DNA from: Alphaproteobacteria bacterium
Lineage (GTDB): Bacteria > Pseudomonadota > Alphaproteobacteria > GCA-002720895
DNA length: 49,135 nucleotides
Assembly (NCBI GenBank): GCA_022450705.1
Contig: JAKUPP010000004.1
Location: forward strand, 1 to 49,135
Reading direction: 5' to 3'
The position numbers and the translations under genes were made by a program. Every line of letters starts with the position of its first letter. The first letter of the stretch is position 1. Positions 1-9,021 of the stretch are shown here, piece after piece. The notes below the pieces were generated by a model. It did not search any database and was not told the DNA's origin. It saw nothing but the letters and a program-made list of their open reading frames with translations.

Positions 1-52
1 AATCCTTCTTTTTTTCCAATCTTTCTTTTATTATGTCTTCATCATCTTCCAT
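1..52 (-). CDS. 5' end of a small acidic protein running off the window edge (MEDDEDIIKERLEKKKD...)
   Basis: Hand translation: ATG at 52-50, open to position 1, divergent from ppd. Too short to identify. Confidence 0.4.
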   Translation of the reverse strand, partial: MEDDEDIIKERLEKKKD

Positions 53-105
53 AAACAATTATTATATTCTTTATAAAATCAAAATTAAATTAATAATAGA
101 GATTT

Positions 106-1245
106 ATGATATCTGCAAATTTTTTAATAAATCAATTATCTAAATATAAGTTTAATTTCTTTACAGGTGTCCCTTGCTCTCATTTAACTTCAGTAATTAA
201 TGGAGTTATAAACTCAAGAAAAATAAAATACATTGGTGCAACTAGTGAAGGAGAAGCAGTTGGAATTGCGTCGGGTGCTTGGTTAGCTGGAAAAAAAAGC
301 GTTGTTATGATACAAAACTCAGGTTTAGGTAATACAATTAACCCTTTAACATCTCTAAATCATACTTTTAAGATTCCAATTCTATTAATTACAACATGGA
401 GAGGTGAACCTAAAATAAATGATGAACCGCAACATGAATTAATGGGTAAAATTACAAGAAATATTCTTAGATTAATAAAAATTAAAAATGAAATATTCCC
501 AATAAAGGAAAATAATCTTAAAAAAGTGCTTCTTAAAATTAATAATTCAATAAATAAAACATCGCTACCTTATGCTTTGGTAATGAGAAAAGAAACTATT
601 AAAAAAGAAAAGTTAAAACAAAAAAAAATTCTTATTAAAAAAAAAAATAAAGCATTAATTTTTTATAAAAAAAATAAAATACCTTCTAGGTTTAAGGTTT
701 TAGAGAATTTAAATAAAAATATTGATAATAAAGTAGGAGTTATTGCAACAACAGGAAAGACTGGAAGAGAATTATTTAGTTTAAATGATTGTGAGAATTT
801 TTTTTATCAGGTTGGTTCTATGGGTTGTGCAAGTGCTATTTCTTTAGGTGTTGCACTAAATACAAAAAAAAAAATTATAGTATTAGATGGTGATGGTTCA
901 CTACTGATGAAAATGGGAAATATGTCAACAATTGGAGCTAATCAACCAAAGAACTTAATTCACATATTACTTGATAACAATGTTCATGATTCAACTGGTC
1001 AACAATTAACAAATGCTTCAAATGTAAATTTTGCTAATATTGCAATAAATTGTGGTTACAAAGAATCTTATTCTACAGATAACACAAATGATTTTTCAAA
1101 AATTATAAAAAATAAATTAAAAAATACAAATGGCCCAATTTTTATTCATATCAAAATTCAAAAAGGATCTGTTCAAAACTTAGGCAGACCTACAATACAT
1201 CCTAAAGATGTGGCTATAAGGTTTAAAAATTTTTTAAAAAATTAA
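106..1245 (+). CDS. aepY: Phosphonopyruvate decarboxylase (Ppd/AepY), TPP-dependent
   Basis: GVPCS, QNSGLGN, WRGEP..DEPQH, VGSMGCAS and TPP motif DGDGSLLM...NN; clustered with pepM. Confidence 0.93.
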   Translation: MISANFLINQLSKYKFNFFTGVPCSHLTSVINGVINSRKIKYIGATSEGEAVGIASGAWLAGKKSVVMIQNSGLGNTINPLTSLNHTFKIPILLITTWRGEPKINDEPQHELMGKITRNILRLIKIKNEIFPIKENNLKKVLLKINNSINKTSLPYALVMRKETIKKEKLKQKKILIKKKNKALIFYKKNKIPSRFKVLENLNKNIDNKVGVIATTGKTGRELFSLNDCENFFYQVGSMGCASAISLGVALNTKKKIIVLDGDGSLLMKMGNMSTIGANQPKNLIHILLDNNVHDSTGQQLTNASNVNFANIAINCGYKESYSTDNTNDFSKIIKNKLKNTNGPIFIHIKIQKGSVQNLGRPTIHPKDVAIRFKNFLKN

Positions 1246-1994
1246 ACTTTAAATTTATAATCTTTATTTGGATCTCTATCTATATCAGGTGGGTAGTTCT
1301 TATACTTATCATTATAATACTTTTCTCTAAAATTACCGTCAGCTAATTTGTTATATGTTAAATATAAAATTCTTCTTGATTTACTTGTTAGATTTGGTTC
1401 AGATCTATGTGGAGCATAACAATCAAAAAAGACAGCGTCTCCTGGTTTGGTTTCAATTGGAATAAATTTCATATTTTTCATATCTTCGTCTGATAACGGT
1501 TTCCATAGTTTTCCAATAAGACCAGATTTGTTATGACCTGGAGCAAATTCTAGGCATCCATTTTGTACCGTTGATTCATCAACGCTAACCATAGCAGTTA
1601 AATAAAATTTTGCATAATCATCCCAACCTGCTTGGGAGTCTTGATGCGGAGAAAAACCTGATCCTCCAGGCATTTTAAAATTAATTTTATCCTTAAATAA
1701 AACTCCCTCTTCTCCTAAACAATCATTTACACATTCCATAATTCTGCTTTTAGTACATAGCTCATGAAAACCTTTGTGAGATTTACAAAAATTTTCTATT
1801 CTTGCTAAAACTTTTTTATTTTCTTCAATCTCACTTTTTTCAAAATATTTCCATTCTTTTCCTGAAATTTCCGGAGAATTCTGTAGTTCTTCGGTATATT
1901 CTAAAATTTCTTTTATTTCAGAATTATTAAATAATCCTGGTACTAAAACAAAACCATCTGTTTTAAATTTTTTGATTTGATCATCATTTAACAT
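1242..1994 (-). CDS. PhyH-family Fe(II)/2-oxoglutarate dioxygenase, PhnY*-like phosphonate 1-hydroxylase
   Basis: FKDKINFKMPGGSGFSPHQD (HxD), distal His in APHRS and SRR 2OG-binding Arg; lies inside the phosphonate cluster. Substrate is inferred. Confidence 0.8.
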   Translation of the reverse strand: MLNDDQIKKFKTDGFVLVPGLFNNSEIKEILEYTEELQNSPEISGKEWKYFEKSEIEENKKVLARIENFCKSHKGFHELCTKSRIMECVNDCLGEEGVLFKDKINFKMPGGSGFSPHQDSQAGWDDYAKFYLTAMVSVDESTVQNGCLEFAPGHNKSGLIGKLWKPLSDEDMKNMKFIPIETKPGDAVFFDCYAPHRSEPNLTSKSRRILYLTYNKLADGNFREKYYNDKYKNYPPDIDRDPNKDYKFKV

Positions 1995-2015
1995 AAATTT
2001 ATTTTAATAAAAAAT

Positions 2016-3131
2016 TTAATTTGATAAATATTTAATACGTTTTTTTAAAATAATCTTTTTTATTGCTGATAAAAGCATTTTTATATGCTTACTATGAATA
2101 TTACCAATACATCCAATTCTAAACGTTTTTTGAGAAGTTATACTTCCAGGATAAATCACAAACCCTCGTTTGCTTAAATTAGTATATAAAAAATTAAAAT
2201 CTAAGTTTTTAGGAATATTAAAACTTACTATGATTGGTGAATGTAGATTTTCATTAAGATAACAATTAAAACCCATTTTTTTCATACCAGATAAAAGAGC
2301 AAAATAATTTTTTTTATATCTTTTATTTCTATTAATTATTCCACCTTCATTCTTTAGTTGGTTTAAAGAAGATGATAGAGCAACTATTGCTTGAATTGGT
2401 GGCGTAAAGCGCCATTGGTTATTTTTTTGAAATCCCTTCCACTGTTCATATAAATCTAAAGATAATGTATTAGCATTATTTTTTGATTTTGATAAAGAAT
2501 TTTTCTTTATTATAGAAAAAGAGAATCCTGGTATTCCTTCTAAACATTTATTTGCAGAACTTACTAACGTATCAATGTTATTTTTTTTTATATTTATACT
2601 TATTCCGCCAAATGAGCTCATAGCATCAACAATTAATTTTTTTTTGAATTTTTTACATAATAGAGATATTTCATTTAATGGATTTAAAATTCCACTACTT
2701 GTCTCACAATGTACTAAGGCTACGTGTGAAATAGATTTGTTCTTATATAAAATTTTTTTAATTTTATCGATAGGCATTGATGAATTTTCATTAAATTTTA
2801 AAGGTATAAATTTTTTTCCAATTTTTTTACAAATATTAATAATTCTATTTCCATAAACGCCATTACTAAGAATTAAAATTTTAGATTTATAATTAAGAAG
2901 TGTGCTAAAAGTAGCCTCTAGACCAAAAGTTCCACTTCCTTGAATCGGTAAACATACATATCCTTTACTTGCATTTCCTAACTTTAATAGCTGTGACATC
3001 AGTCTTTTATTGATTCTAATAAAATCATCATCTCTTGATCCTAAATCTATAAGTGTGTTTTTTTTTGTTATATCCGAAGTATTAAGCGGACCAGGCGTAA
3101 AAAGTAATTTTTTTTTAATTTTTTTTGACAT
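2016..3131 (-). CDS. aepZ: 2-aminoethylphosphonate aminotransferase (AepZ/PhnW family, class V PLP)
   Basis: LLFTPGPL, GSGT, HCETSSG, DAMSSFG, PLP lysine SSANKCLEGIPG, QWRFTPP, IYPG. Confidence 0.9.
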   Translation of the reverse strand: MSKKIKKKLLFTPGPLNTSDITKKNTLIDLGSRDDDFIRINKRLMSQLLKLGNASKGYVCLPIQGSGTFGLEATFSTLLNYKSKILILSNGVYGNRIINICKKIGKKFIPLKFNENSSMPIDKIKKILYKNKSISHVALVHCETSSGILNPLNEISLLCKKFKKKLIVDAMSSFGGISINIKKNNIDTLVSSANKCLEGIPGFSFSIIKKNSLSKSKNNANTLSLDLYEQWKGFQKNNQWRFTPPIQAIVALSSSLNQLKNEGGIINRNKRYKKNYFALLSGMKKMGFNCYLNENLHSPIIVSFNIPKNLDFNFLYTNLSKRGFVIYPGSITSQKTFRIGCIGNIHSKHIKMLLSAIKKIILKKRIKYLSN

Positions 3132-3204
3132 TTTTCTTTTATATAGAAGATATAAGCTCTATAGAGTATTTTATTATAGATAATAAAAAAAAGGATATCT
3201 ATAA

Positions 3205-4188
3205 TTGTCTAAATTTAAGTTTCTTTATCTAATCTTTGGTATAGCACTCCTTGTTTTTATATTTAATAAAGTTGATTTTAATTCTTTTTTAAATGAATTA
3301 AACAAACTAAGATTTAGTTTCTTTGCTATCCTCATTATTTATTTTGTTGGATTTATTTTAGATAGTTACTCATGGCAATTATGTATAGAAAATTTAGTTA
3401 AAACAAAACTAAAACTCCATCAAATATTTAAAATTAGAATTATAGGAGAAGCATTTAATTATATATTTTTTCAAGTAGGAGGAGAACCTGTAAAAGCATT
3501 TTTATTAAAAAATAATTATGGAATTAAATATAAATCTTCGATTGGTTCATTAATACTAGCAAAAACAATTATTCTTTTCGCTCTTATAATTTTTTGTTTT
3601 GTAGGTCTAGTTAGCATCTTTTACACAAATAAATTTGGAGATAACTTTGAAAAAGCTTCTTTAATAGGTTTTGTTTTATTTACAACGTTAATATCTTTAT
3701 TTTTTATAGTTCAAAGATATAAATTAACATCAAAATTCCATAATATTTTTAAAAATAAATTATCAAAAAAATTTAATAACTTTTTTAAACATTTACAAGA
3801 AACAGAGCATAAAATTGCTGATTTTTATAAAAAAACAAAAAAAGATTTTTTTAAAATTTTATTTTTAAATTTAAGTAATTGGTTTTTTGGTGCTCTTGAA
3901 TTATATGCAATTTTTTATCTTTTAAATGAAAAAATTACTTTCTTAGAGGCAGTAGCAATTGAAACTCTTGTTCAATTAGTAAGAGCAATGCTTTTCTTTA
4001 TACCTTCAAATTTAGGAACTCAAGAGGGTGTTTTTGTTTTAGCTGTAAATGTATTAAAAGATTCAACGCCTTTAGGATTGGCTGTTGCTATAATTAGAAG
4101 GCTAAGAGAGGTTATATGGATAAGTATAGGTTTAATTTTAGGATTTAATCAAAAAATAGATTTTAAGGAAATTAAAAAAAGATTATAG
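3205..4188 (+). CDS. Lysylphosphatidylglycerol-synthase TM / UPF0104 flippase-like membrane protein
   Basis: Multiple hydrophobic segments; GEAFN..VGGEPVK and FFIPSNLGTQEG motifs; TTG start. Confidence 0.8.
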   Translation: MSKFKFLYLIFGIALLVFIFNKVDFNSFLNELNKLRFSFFAILIIYFVGFILDSYSWQLCIENLVKTKLKLHQIFKIRIIGEAFNYIFFQVGGEPVKAFLLKNNYGIKYKSSIGSLILAKTIILFALIIFCFVGLVSIFYTNKFGDNFEKASLIGFVLFTTLISLFFIVQRYKLTSKFHNIFKNKLSKKFNNFFKHLQETEHKIADFYKKTKKDFFKILFLNLSNWFFGALELYAIFYLLNEKITFLEAVAIETLVQLVRAMLFFIPSNLGTQEGVFVLAVNVLKDSTPLGLAVAIIRRLREVIWISIGLILGFNQKIDFKEIKKRL

Positions 4189-4800
4189 CTTTTTAGTTTT
4201 ATATAAAAATATAAAAATTGTTATAAATAAAAAGATTGGTGTGCCAATAAAAGAGTAAAATAAAAAAACATCAATCTTATTTAAAAAAGTCACTGGTATT
4301 ACAATATATATTATATCTTCATGCTCAAAACCTAATATATTACTTTGCTCAATCGCTTTCCCTCCTTTTATTCTTTCTAAATAAAATCTAATAGACATTA
4401 TTAAAAAAACACATGTAGCAGAAACGCAACCGTAACTCAGTCCAATATTAAAATTTTTATCTGAATAAATTCCAAGTCCAATAAATAAAAAAATGTATGA
4501 TAAACAAACTCCTACATGATCTAAGTAATGACCAAATGTGGATGTTTTATTAAGTTTTCTAGCAACTTGGCCGTCAACATGGTCAAAACATGCAGCAACG
4601 AAAAAAAATAATGAGGCTATTTTCGCGTAAAACAAATTTCCGAGTGTGTAAAAAAAGAATGCAAATATTCCAAATAAAATTCCGATAAGTGTAACTATAT
4701 TTGGATGAACATTAAAAAAAATAAAAGGTTTAGAAATGATTACAGCTATTCTTTGATCCCATGGAGAAGAAAAAGACAATTTTTTTAAGAAATTATTCAT
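4183..4800 (-). CDS. CDP-alcohol phosphotransferase family protein (last motif Asp replaced by Val)
   Basis: HPNIVT and DHVDGQVAR-x8-G-x3-D-x3-V; hydrophobic. Confidence 0.85.
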   Translation of the reverse strand: MNNFLKKLSFSSPWDQRIAVIISKPFIFFNVHPNIVTLIGILFGIFAFFFYTLGNLFYAKIASLFFFVAACFDHVDGQVARKLNKTSTFGHYLDHVGVCLSYIFLFIGLGIYSDKNFNIGLSYGCVSATCVFLIMSIRFYLERIKGGKAIEQSNILGFEHEDIIYIVIPVTFLNKIDVFLFYSFIGTPIFLFITIFIFLYKTKKL

Positions 4801-5518
4801 CTATTTTTTTTAAAATATTTTTTTTAGCTAAGTCTAAATCTTTTTTAAAATCAATTTCGATCCAAGGAAGATTATTTATATGTTCATACTCCATTAAAAA
4901 TTTTTTTTCTTTAATTAATTTTTGAATTGCATCTTCATACATTGCTTTTTTATTCTTTGCCTTTATTTTTTTAGATTCATTTAATAATTTAATTGATGTT
5001 TTTTTTGAAAATTTAAAAAAACCAACAGACTCTCCTTGGAAATCAAAATTATTATCAACGTTTTTTCCAAAATCATAAATTTTATTATTTTTAATACAAA
5101 CTTTTACAGGCTCTTCTCCAGATTCAAAATGCTTATCAATTAAAAGTGTATCTTTTTTTTTTGTATCAATTAATTTTTTTAAAATTTTTTTATCATATAA
5201 AACATCTCCATCCATTAAAATTAACTCTCCTCTTTCATAAAAGAAACTGCTAGCACATACTAAAGAAACTATACTTCCTAATTTATATTTTGGATTTTTA
5301 ATGATCTTTATTTTTTTTTTCTTATCTATTTCTTTGATACATTTAATTAAGTACTGTGATTTATAACCTACAACAATTCCTATTTTTTTTACTCCCAAAC
5401 TTAAAAGATTGTCATAGTGTCTTTCGAGTAAACTTCTATTTCCAATTCTTAATAAGATTTTTGGAAGACTTACTTTTAATCTTTTACCAATTCCTGCTGC
5501 GAGTATTAATGCTTTCAT
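4793..5518 (-). CDS. Phosphocholine/phosphonate cytidylyltransferase-like NTP transferase (LicC/PntC-like)
   Basis: ILAAGIGKRL, MDGDVLY, EEPVK, GESVGF, WIEIDF..DL. Confidence 0.85.
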   Translation of the reverse strand: MKALILAAGIGKRLKVSLPKILLRIGNRSLLERHYDNLLSLGVKKIGIVVGYKSQYLIKCIKEIDKKKKIKIIKNPKYKLGSIVSLVCASSFFYERGELILMDGDVLYDKKILKKLIDTKKKDTLLIDKHFESGEEPVKVCIKNNKIYDFGKNVDNNFDFQGESVGFFKFSKKTSIKLLNESKKIKAKNKKAMYEDAIQKLIKEKKFLMEYEHINNLPWIEIDFKKDLDLAKKNILKKIDE

Positions 5519-5546
5519 TTATATTTAAAAATTATAAACAATAATT

Positions 5547-5564
5547 ATGTCATATATTTGTAAT
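5547..5564 (+). promoter_or_regulatory. Putative Pho box (PhoB site) upstream of pepM
   Basis: ATGTCAT-ATAT-TTGTAAT matches CTGTCAT-A(A/T)A(T/A)-CTGT(C/A)A(C/T) at 16/18 positions with 11-bp repeat spacing. Confidence 0.55.
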
Positions 5565-5586
5565 ATTTTTATATTTGTAATACAAT
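5558..5586 (+). promoter_or_regulatory. Putative sigma70 promoter of pepM
   Basis: TTGTAA(5558-63)-17 nt-TACAAT(5581-86); predicted start a few nt before ATG 5595, no Shine-Dalgarno. Confidence 0.5.
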
Positions 5587-5594
5587 TCTAAGTA

Positions 5595-7268
5595 ATGGCA
5601 ATAATACATGCAAAAGACATTGGTATTAGAAAAATATCTAAATCACAACTTTTAAAAAAAGAACTTAATAGTAAAGAACTATCATTTTTAATGGAAGCCC
5701 ATAATGGTTTGACTGCAAAAATAGTCGAGACAAGTGGTTTCAAAGGAATATGGGCGTCTGGATTATCTATATCAACTGCCCTTGGTGTAAGAGATAGTAA
5801 CGAAGCTTCATGGACACAAATATTGGATGTTTTAGAATTTATGTCTGATGCAACAACAATACCAATACTAGTTGATGGAGATACTGGTTATGGGAATTTT
5901 AACAATTTTAGAAGACTTGTTTCAAAACTATGTCAAAGAAAAATTGCTGGTGTCTGTATTGAAGATAAACAATATCCTAAATCAAATTCTTTTGTTAAAA
6001 AATATCAAAAATTAGCTGATATAGATGAATTTTGTGGAAAAATACAAGCGGGTAAAGACATGCAAGATGATGATAATTTCTCTATTGTTGCAAGAGTAGA
6101 GGCTTTAATAGCTGGTTGGGGAATTGGAGAAGCTATCAAAAGAGCAGAGGCATATTGTAAAGCTGGCGCTGATGCGATACTTATACATTCAAGCAAAGAT
6201 AATGCGAATGAAATATTAAAATTTAAAAAAGAATGGGGGAATAAATCTCCTGTAATTATTATTCCAACTACTTATCATAAAACTCCGACAAATATTTTTA
6301 AAAAAGCTGGTTTTTCTACTGTTATTTGGGCCAACCATTCTTTAAGAGCTTCAATTAAAGCAATTCAAGATGTAACAAATCATTTAATCAAAAAAGAAAG
6401 TATTAAAGGTTTGGAAAATAAAATATCAAGTTTAAATGAGGTTTTTGAATTAGCAGGAAATGATGAATTATATGAAGCTGAAAAAAAATACTTATTAGAA
6501 AAAAAGAATTATAATGCAATTGTTTTAGCTGCATCTAGAGGTCATCAACTTAAACATTTAACTAAAAACAAACCTAAATGTATGCTTGATATTCAAGGAA
6601 AACCTCTTTTAGAAAGACTAACTTCAACATTGAAAAAAGATAATATTGGGAAAATCTCAATAGTTTCTGGATACAAAAATAATGTAATTGAAAATAATAA
6701 TAATCTATCAAATCTAAATATTATTCAAAATAAAGATCATGCTAAAACTGGTGAGCTTTTCTCACTTAATAAATCTGCAGATGAAATAAAAGATGATTGT
6801 ATTGTAACCTATGGTGATATAGTTTTTAGAAAATATATTTTAGATGCATTATTATCTACTAAAGGAGAAATTGTAATAGTAGTTGATGCTCTTCTTAAAA
6901 ATAAAGGAAAAAAGTCCCAAAAAGATCTTGTGATTTGTGATAGAGAATTTACTGGAAACTATCTACTTGAATCTAAACCAGCAATTTTAAAATCGGTGCA
7001 TAATGAATTAAAGAAAAAAATTACTGGTCAATGGATTGGTTTATTAAAAACAAACTCAAAAGGATCAAAAATATTAAGAAATCAAATTCATGCTTTAAGT
7101 AAAAACAAAAACTTTAAAAATTTAGCAATGCCAGATTTATTTAATAATTTAATAAAAAATAAAATTAAAATTAATGTTCTTTATATAGCTGGGCAATGGT
7201 TGGATGTAAATGATGCTTTTGATTTAGCTGAAGCTAGAAAAGTATCTTGGGCAAAAAGCTTTAATTAG
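5595..7268 (+). CDS. pepM: Phosphoenolpyruvate mutase fused to a C-terminal nucleotidyltransferase domain
   Basis: Diagnostic EDK-x5-NS ([10 protein letters not shown]), MEAHNG, DGDTGYG, IWANH; C-terminal LAASRG..KPKCML, YGDI, WLDVN. Confidence 0.95.
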   Translation: MAIIHAKDIGIRKISKSQLLKKELNSKELSFLMEAHNGLTAKIVETSGFKGIWASGLSISTALGVRDSNEASWTQILDVLEFMSDATTIPILVDGDTGYGNFNNFRRLVSKLCQRKIAGVCIEDKQYPKSNSFVKKYQKLADIDEFCGKIQAGKDMQDDDNFSIVARVEALIAGWGIGEAIKRAEAYCKAGADAILIHSSKDNANEILKFKKEWGNKSPVIIIPTTYHKTPTNIFKKAGFSTVIWANHSLRASIKAIQDVTNHLIKKESIKGLENKISSLNEVFELAGNDELYEAEKKYLLEKKNYNAIVLAASRGHQLKHLTKNKPKCMLDIQGKPLLERLTSTLKKDNIGKISIVSGYKNNVIENNNNLSNLNIIQNKDHAKTGELFSLNKSADEIKDDCIVTYGDIVFRKYILDALLSTKGEIVIVVDALLKNKGKKSQKDLVICDREFTGNYLLESKPAILKSVHNELKKKITGQWIGLLKTNSKGSKILRNQIHALSKNKNFKNLAMPDLFNNLIKNKIKINVLYIAGQWLDVNDAFDLAEARKVSWAKSFN

Positions 7269-7887
7269 TTGACTTTACAAATCTTTTCAAATTATAAATA
7301 ACAAAAACAACTGAACCAATTGAAGCTATCAGAAAAAAGAAATTAATAAATCCAATCCAAGTAATTGGTCCAATTAAATATACGCCATCTTCTAATGCTA
7401 CTTTGTCTGTTTCTGGAAAACCATAAAAATCCTTACTAGTTCTAAATTTATGAATAATTCCTAAAAAAGTATTAAAAATAGATGCAATAATAGCTGAAAA
7501 TAATAAATAGTTCTGTAAATCGAAATCTACAATACTAAAAAACTTAATTTCAAAAGTTCCGGGCGGTATACCAGCTGAAATGCCGACAAACATCAATATA
7601 TATGTTGCGGTATCAACAAAACTATCATAATACCATCCAAATTTACTTTCTTTTTTTAACTCTCTTGCTAACTGCCCATCTACATGATCTAAAAATTTAG
7701 AAAAAATAAATAAAATAGACCCAATAACAGAAAAGACATATATACCAAAACTAAAAAATACAGCAGCTAATGCTGCTAACAAAAGACTAAATGTGGATAC
7801 TTGATTGGGAGTTATAGAAGTTTGTGCTATATATTTAACAACTTTTTCTGCAATCTTTTCATCTATCTTTTTTCTATATTTAAACAT
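7261..7887 (-). CDS. CDP-alcohol phosphotransferase family protein (complete motif)
   Basis: TPNQVS and DHVDGQLAR-x8-G-x3-D-x3-D. Confidence 0.88.
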   Translation of the reverse strand: MFKYRKKIDEKIAEKVVKYIAQTSITPNQVSTFSLLLAALAAVFFSFGIYVFSVIGSILFIFSKFLDHVDGQLARELKKESKFGWYYDSFVDTATYILMFVGISAGIPPGTFEIKFFSIVDFDLQNYLLFSAIIASIFNTFLGIIHKFRTSKDFYGFPETDKVALEDGVYLIGPITWIGFINFFFLIASIGSVVFVIYNLKRFVKSTN

Positions 7888-7986
7888 ATAAGAACTTCAA
7901 AAAAAAATTTTCATTTCTTGCAAATTGATTATAATCATTTATATATTTTTTATATATTTTTTTATAAACATTATATTTAATTTAAT

Positions 7987-8139
7987 ATGACTGATAAATT
8001 CACATCAAGAAAAGCTAAAGATATTGCAACAGCAAGTTCTTATGCATTTTCAAAAAAAAAAATAGCTGGTAACTCAGCTACATCAAATATCTATACTTCG
8101 GGAAGATCAGCAAAAACTACTGCTACTAAAAATTCATAA
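7987..8139 (+). CDS. Small 50-aa Ser/Thr/Ala/Lys-rich hypothetical peptide (below ORF-track cutoff)
   Basis: Hand translation MTDKFTSRKAKDIATASSYAFSKKKIAGNSATSNIYTSGRSAKTTATKNS*; fills the gap, ends 12 nt before the hydrolase ATG, coding-like composition. Confidence 0.55.
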   Translation: MTDKFTSRKAKDIATASSYAFSKKKIAGNSATSNIYTSGRSAKTTATKNS

Positions 8140-8151
8140 GAATTATTTAGT

Positions 8152-9021
8152 ATGAAATCTTTCCCGGAAAAGAAATCCTTAATTAAATTAAGGAATGGGA
8201 ATAATATTGGTCACTCTTTCTTCGGTAATAAAAGAAATTTTCCTATTTTTTATTTTCATGGATGGCCAGGCTCTAGATTTGAACTAAGAAATATACCATT
8301 AAAAAAAAAGAAATGCTTTATAATTGCGTTAGAAAGACCTGGTTATGGAATATCGGACCCAATTTCAAATTTTAAAATAACTGATTGGCCTAAAATTGTT
8401 TTAGAATCTGCAAATAAACTTAAAATTAAGAAATTTTCTATAATTGGTGTTTCTGGAGGCGCTCCTTTTGCTCTTGCTTGTGCAAATAAAATTAAAAGTA
8501 AAATACTTAAATCGGTTGCTATAGTTTGTCCATTAGCACCCCATAATGCTAAAGGTATGAGGAATGGTAGAGTTGGAATGTTATTAAACTATGGAAAAAA
8601 ACCTATTACATCATGGTTGTTAATTAATTTCTTAAGAATAAGATTGCTAAACAGTGATACTGAAAAAAGTTTTGCTAGATGGAAAAATAAAATACCTCTA
8701 CCTAAATCGGATTCAAAATTATTCACAATAGATAGAGGAATAAAGCTAATGGAAAATTTTAAAGAAGCTATTAAACATGGAACTACAGGTGTTCATAGAG
8801 ATGCAAACTTATATTCAAAAGATTGGGGTTTTAAATTAAAAAACATAGAAAGAAAAATTTTTGTTTGGCATGGAGAAAAAGATTTAACTGTGCCAATTAT
8901 TACAAATAAATATTACAAAAAAAAATTAAAAAATAAGGAAATATTTATAAAGCCAAATGAAGGTCATTTCTCTATTTGTTATAATTTTATGAATGATATT
9001 ATTCAACAAGTAAGTGAATAA
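8152..9021 (+). CDS. Alpha/beta-fold hydrolase
   Basis: FHGWPGSR, ERPGYG.S, nucleophile GVSGG, WHGEKD and GHFS catalytic triad elements. Confidence 0.9.
   Translation: MKSFPEKKSLIKLRNGNNIGHSFFGNKRNFPIFYFHGWPGSRFELRNIPLKKKKCFIIALERPGYGISDPISNFKITDWPKIVLESANKLKIKKFSIIGVSGGAPFALACANKIKSKILKSVAIVCPLAPHNAKGMRNGRVGMLLNYGKKPITSWLLINFLRIRLLNSDTEKSFARWKNKIPLPKSDSKLFTIDRGIKLMENFKEAIKHGTTGVHRDANLYSKDWGFKLKNIERKIFVWHGEKDLTVPIITNKYYKKKLKNKEIFIKPNEGHFSICYNFMNDIIQQVSE

Noticed and set aside
2016-3131. Reading the transaminase as catabolic phnW (AEP degradation)
   Set aside because: No phnX, phnA, phnZ or phosphonate transporter in the window; context with pepM and ppd favours biosynthesis
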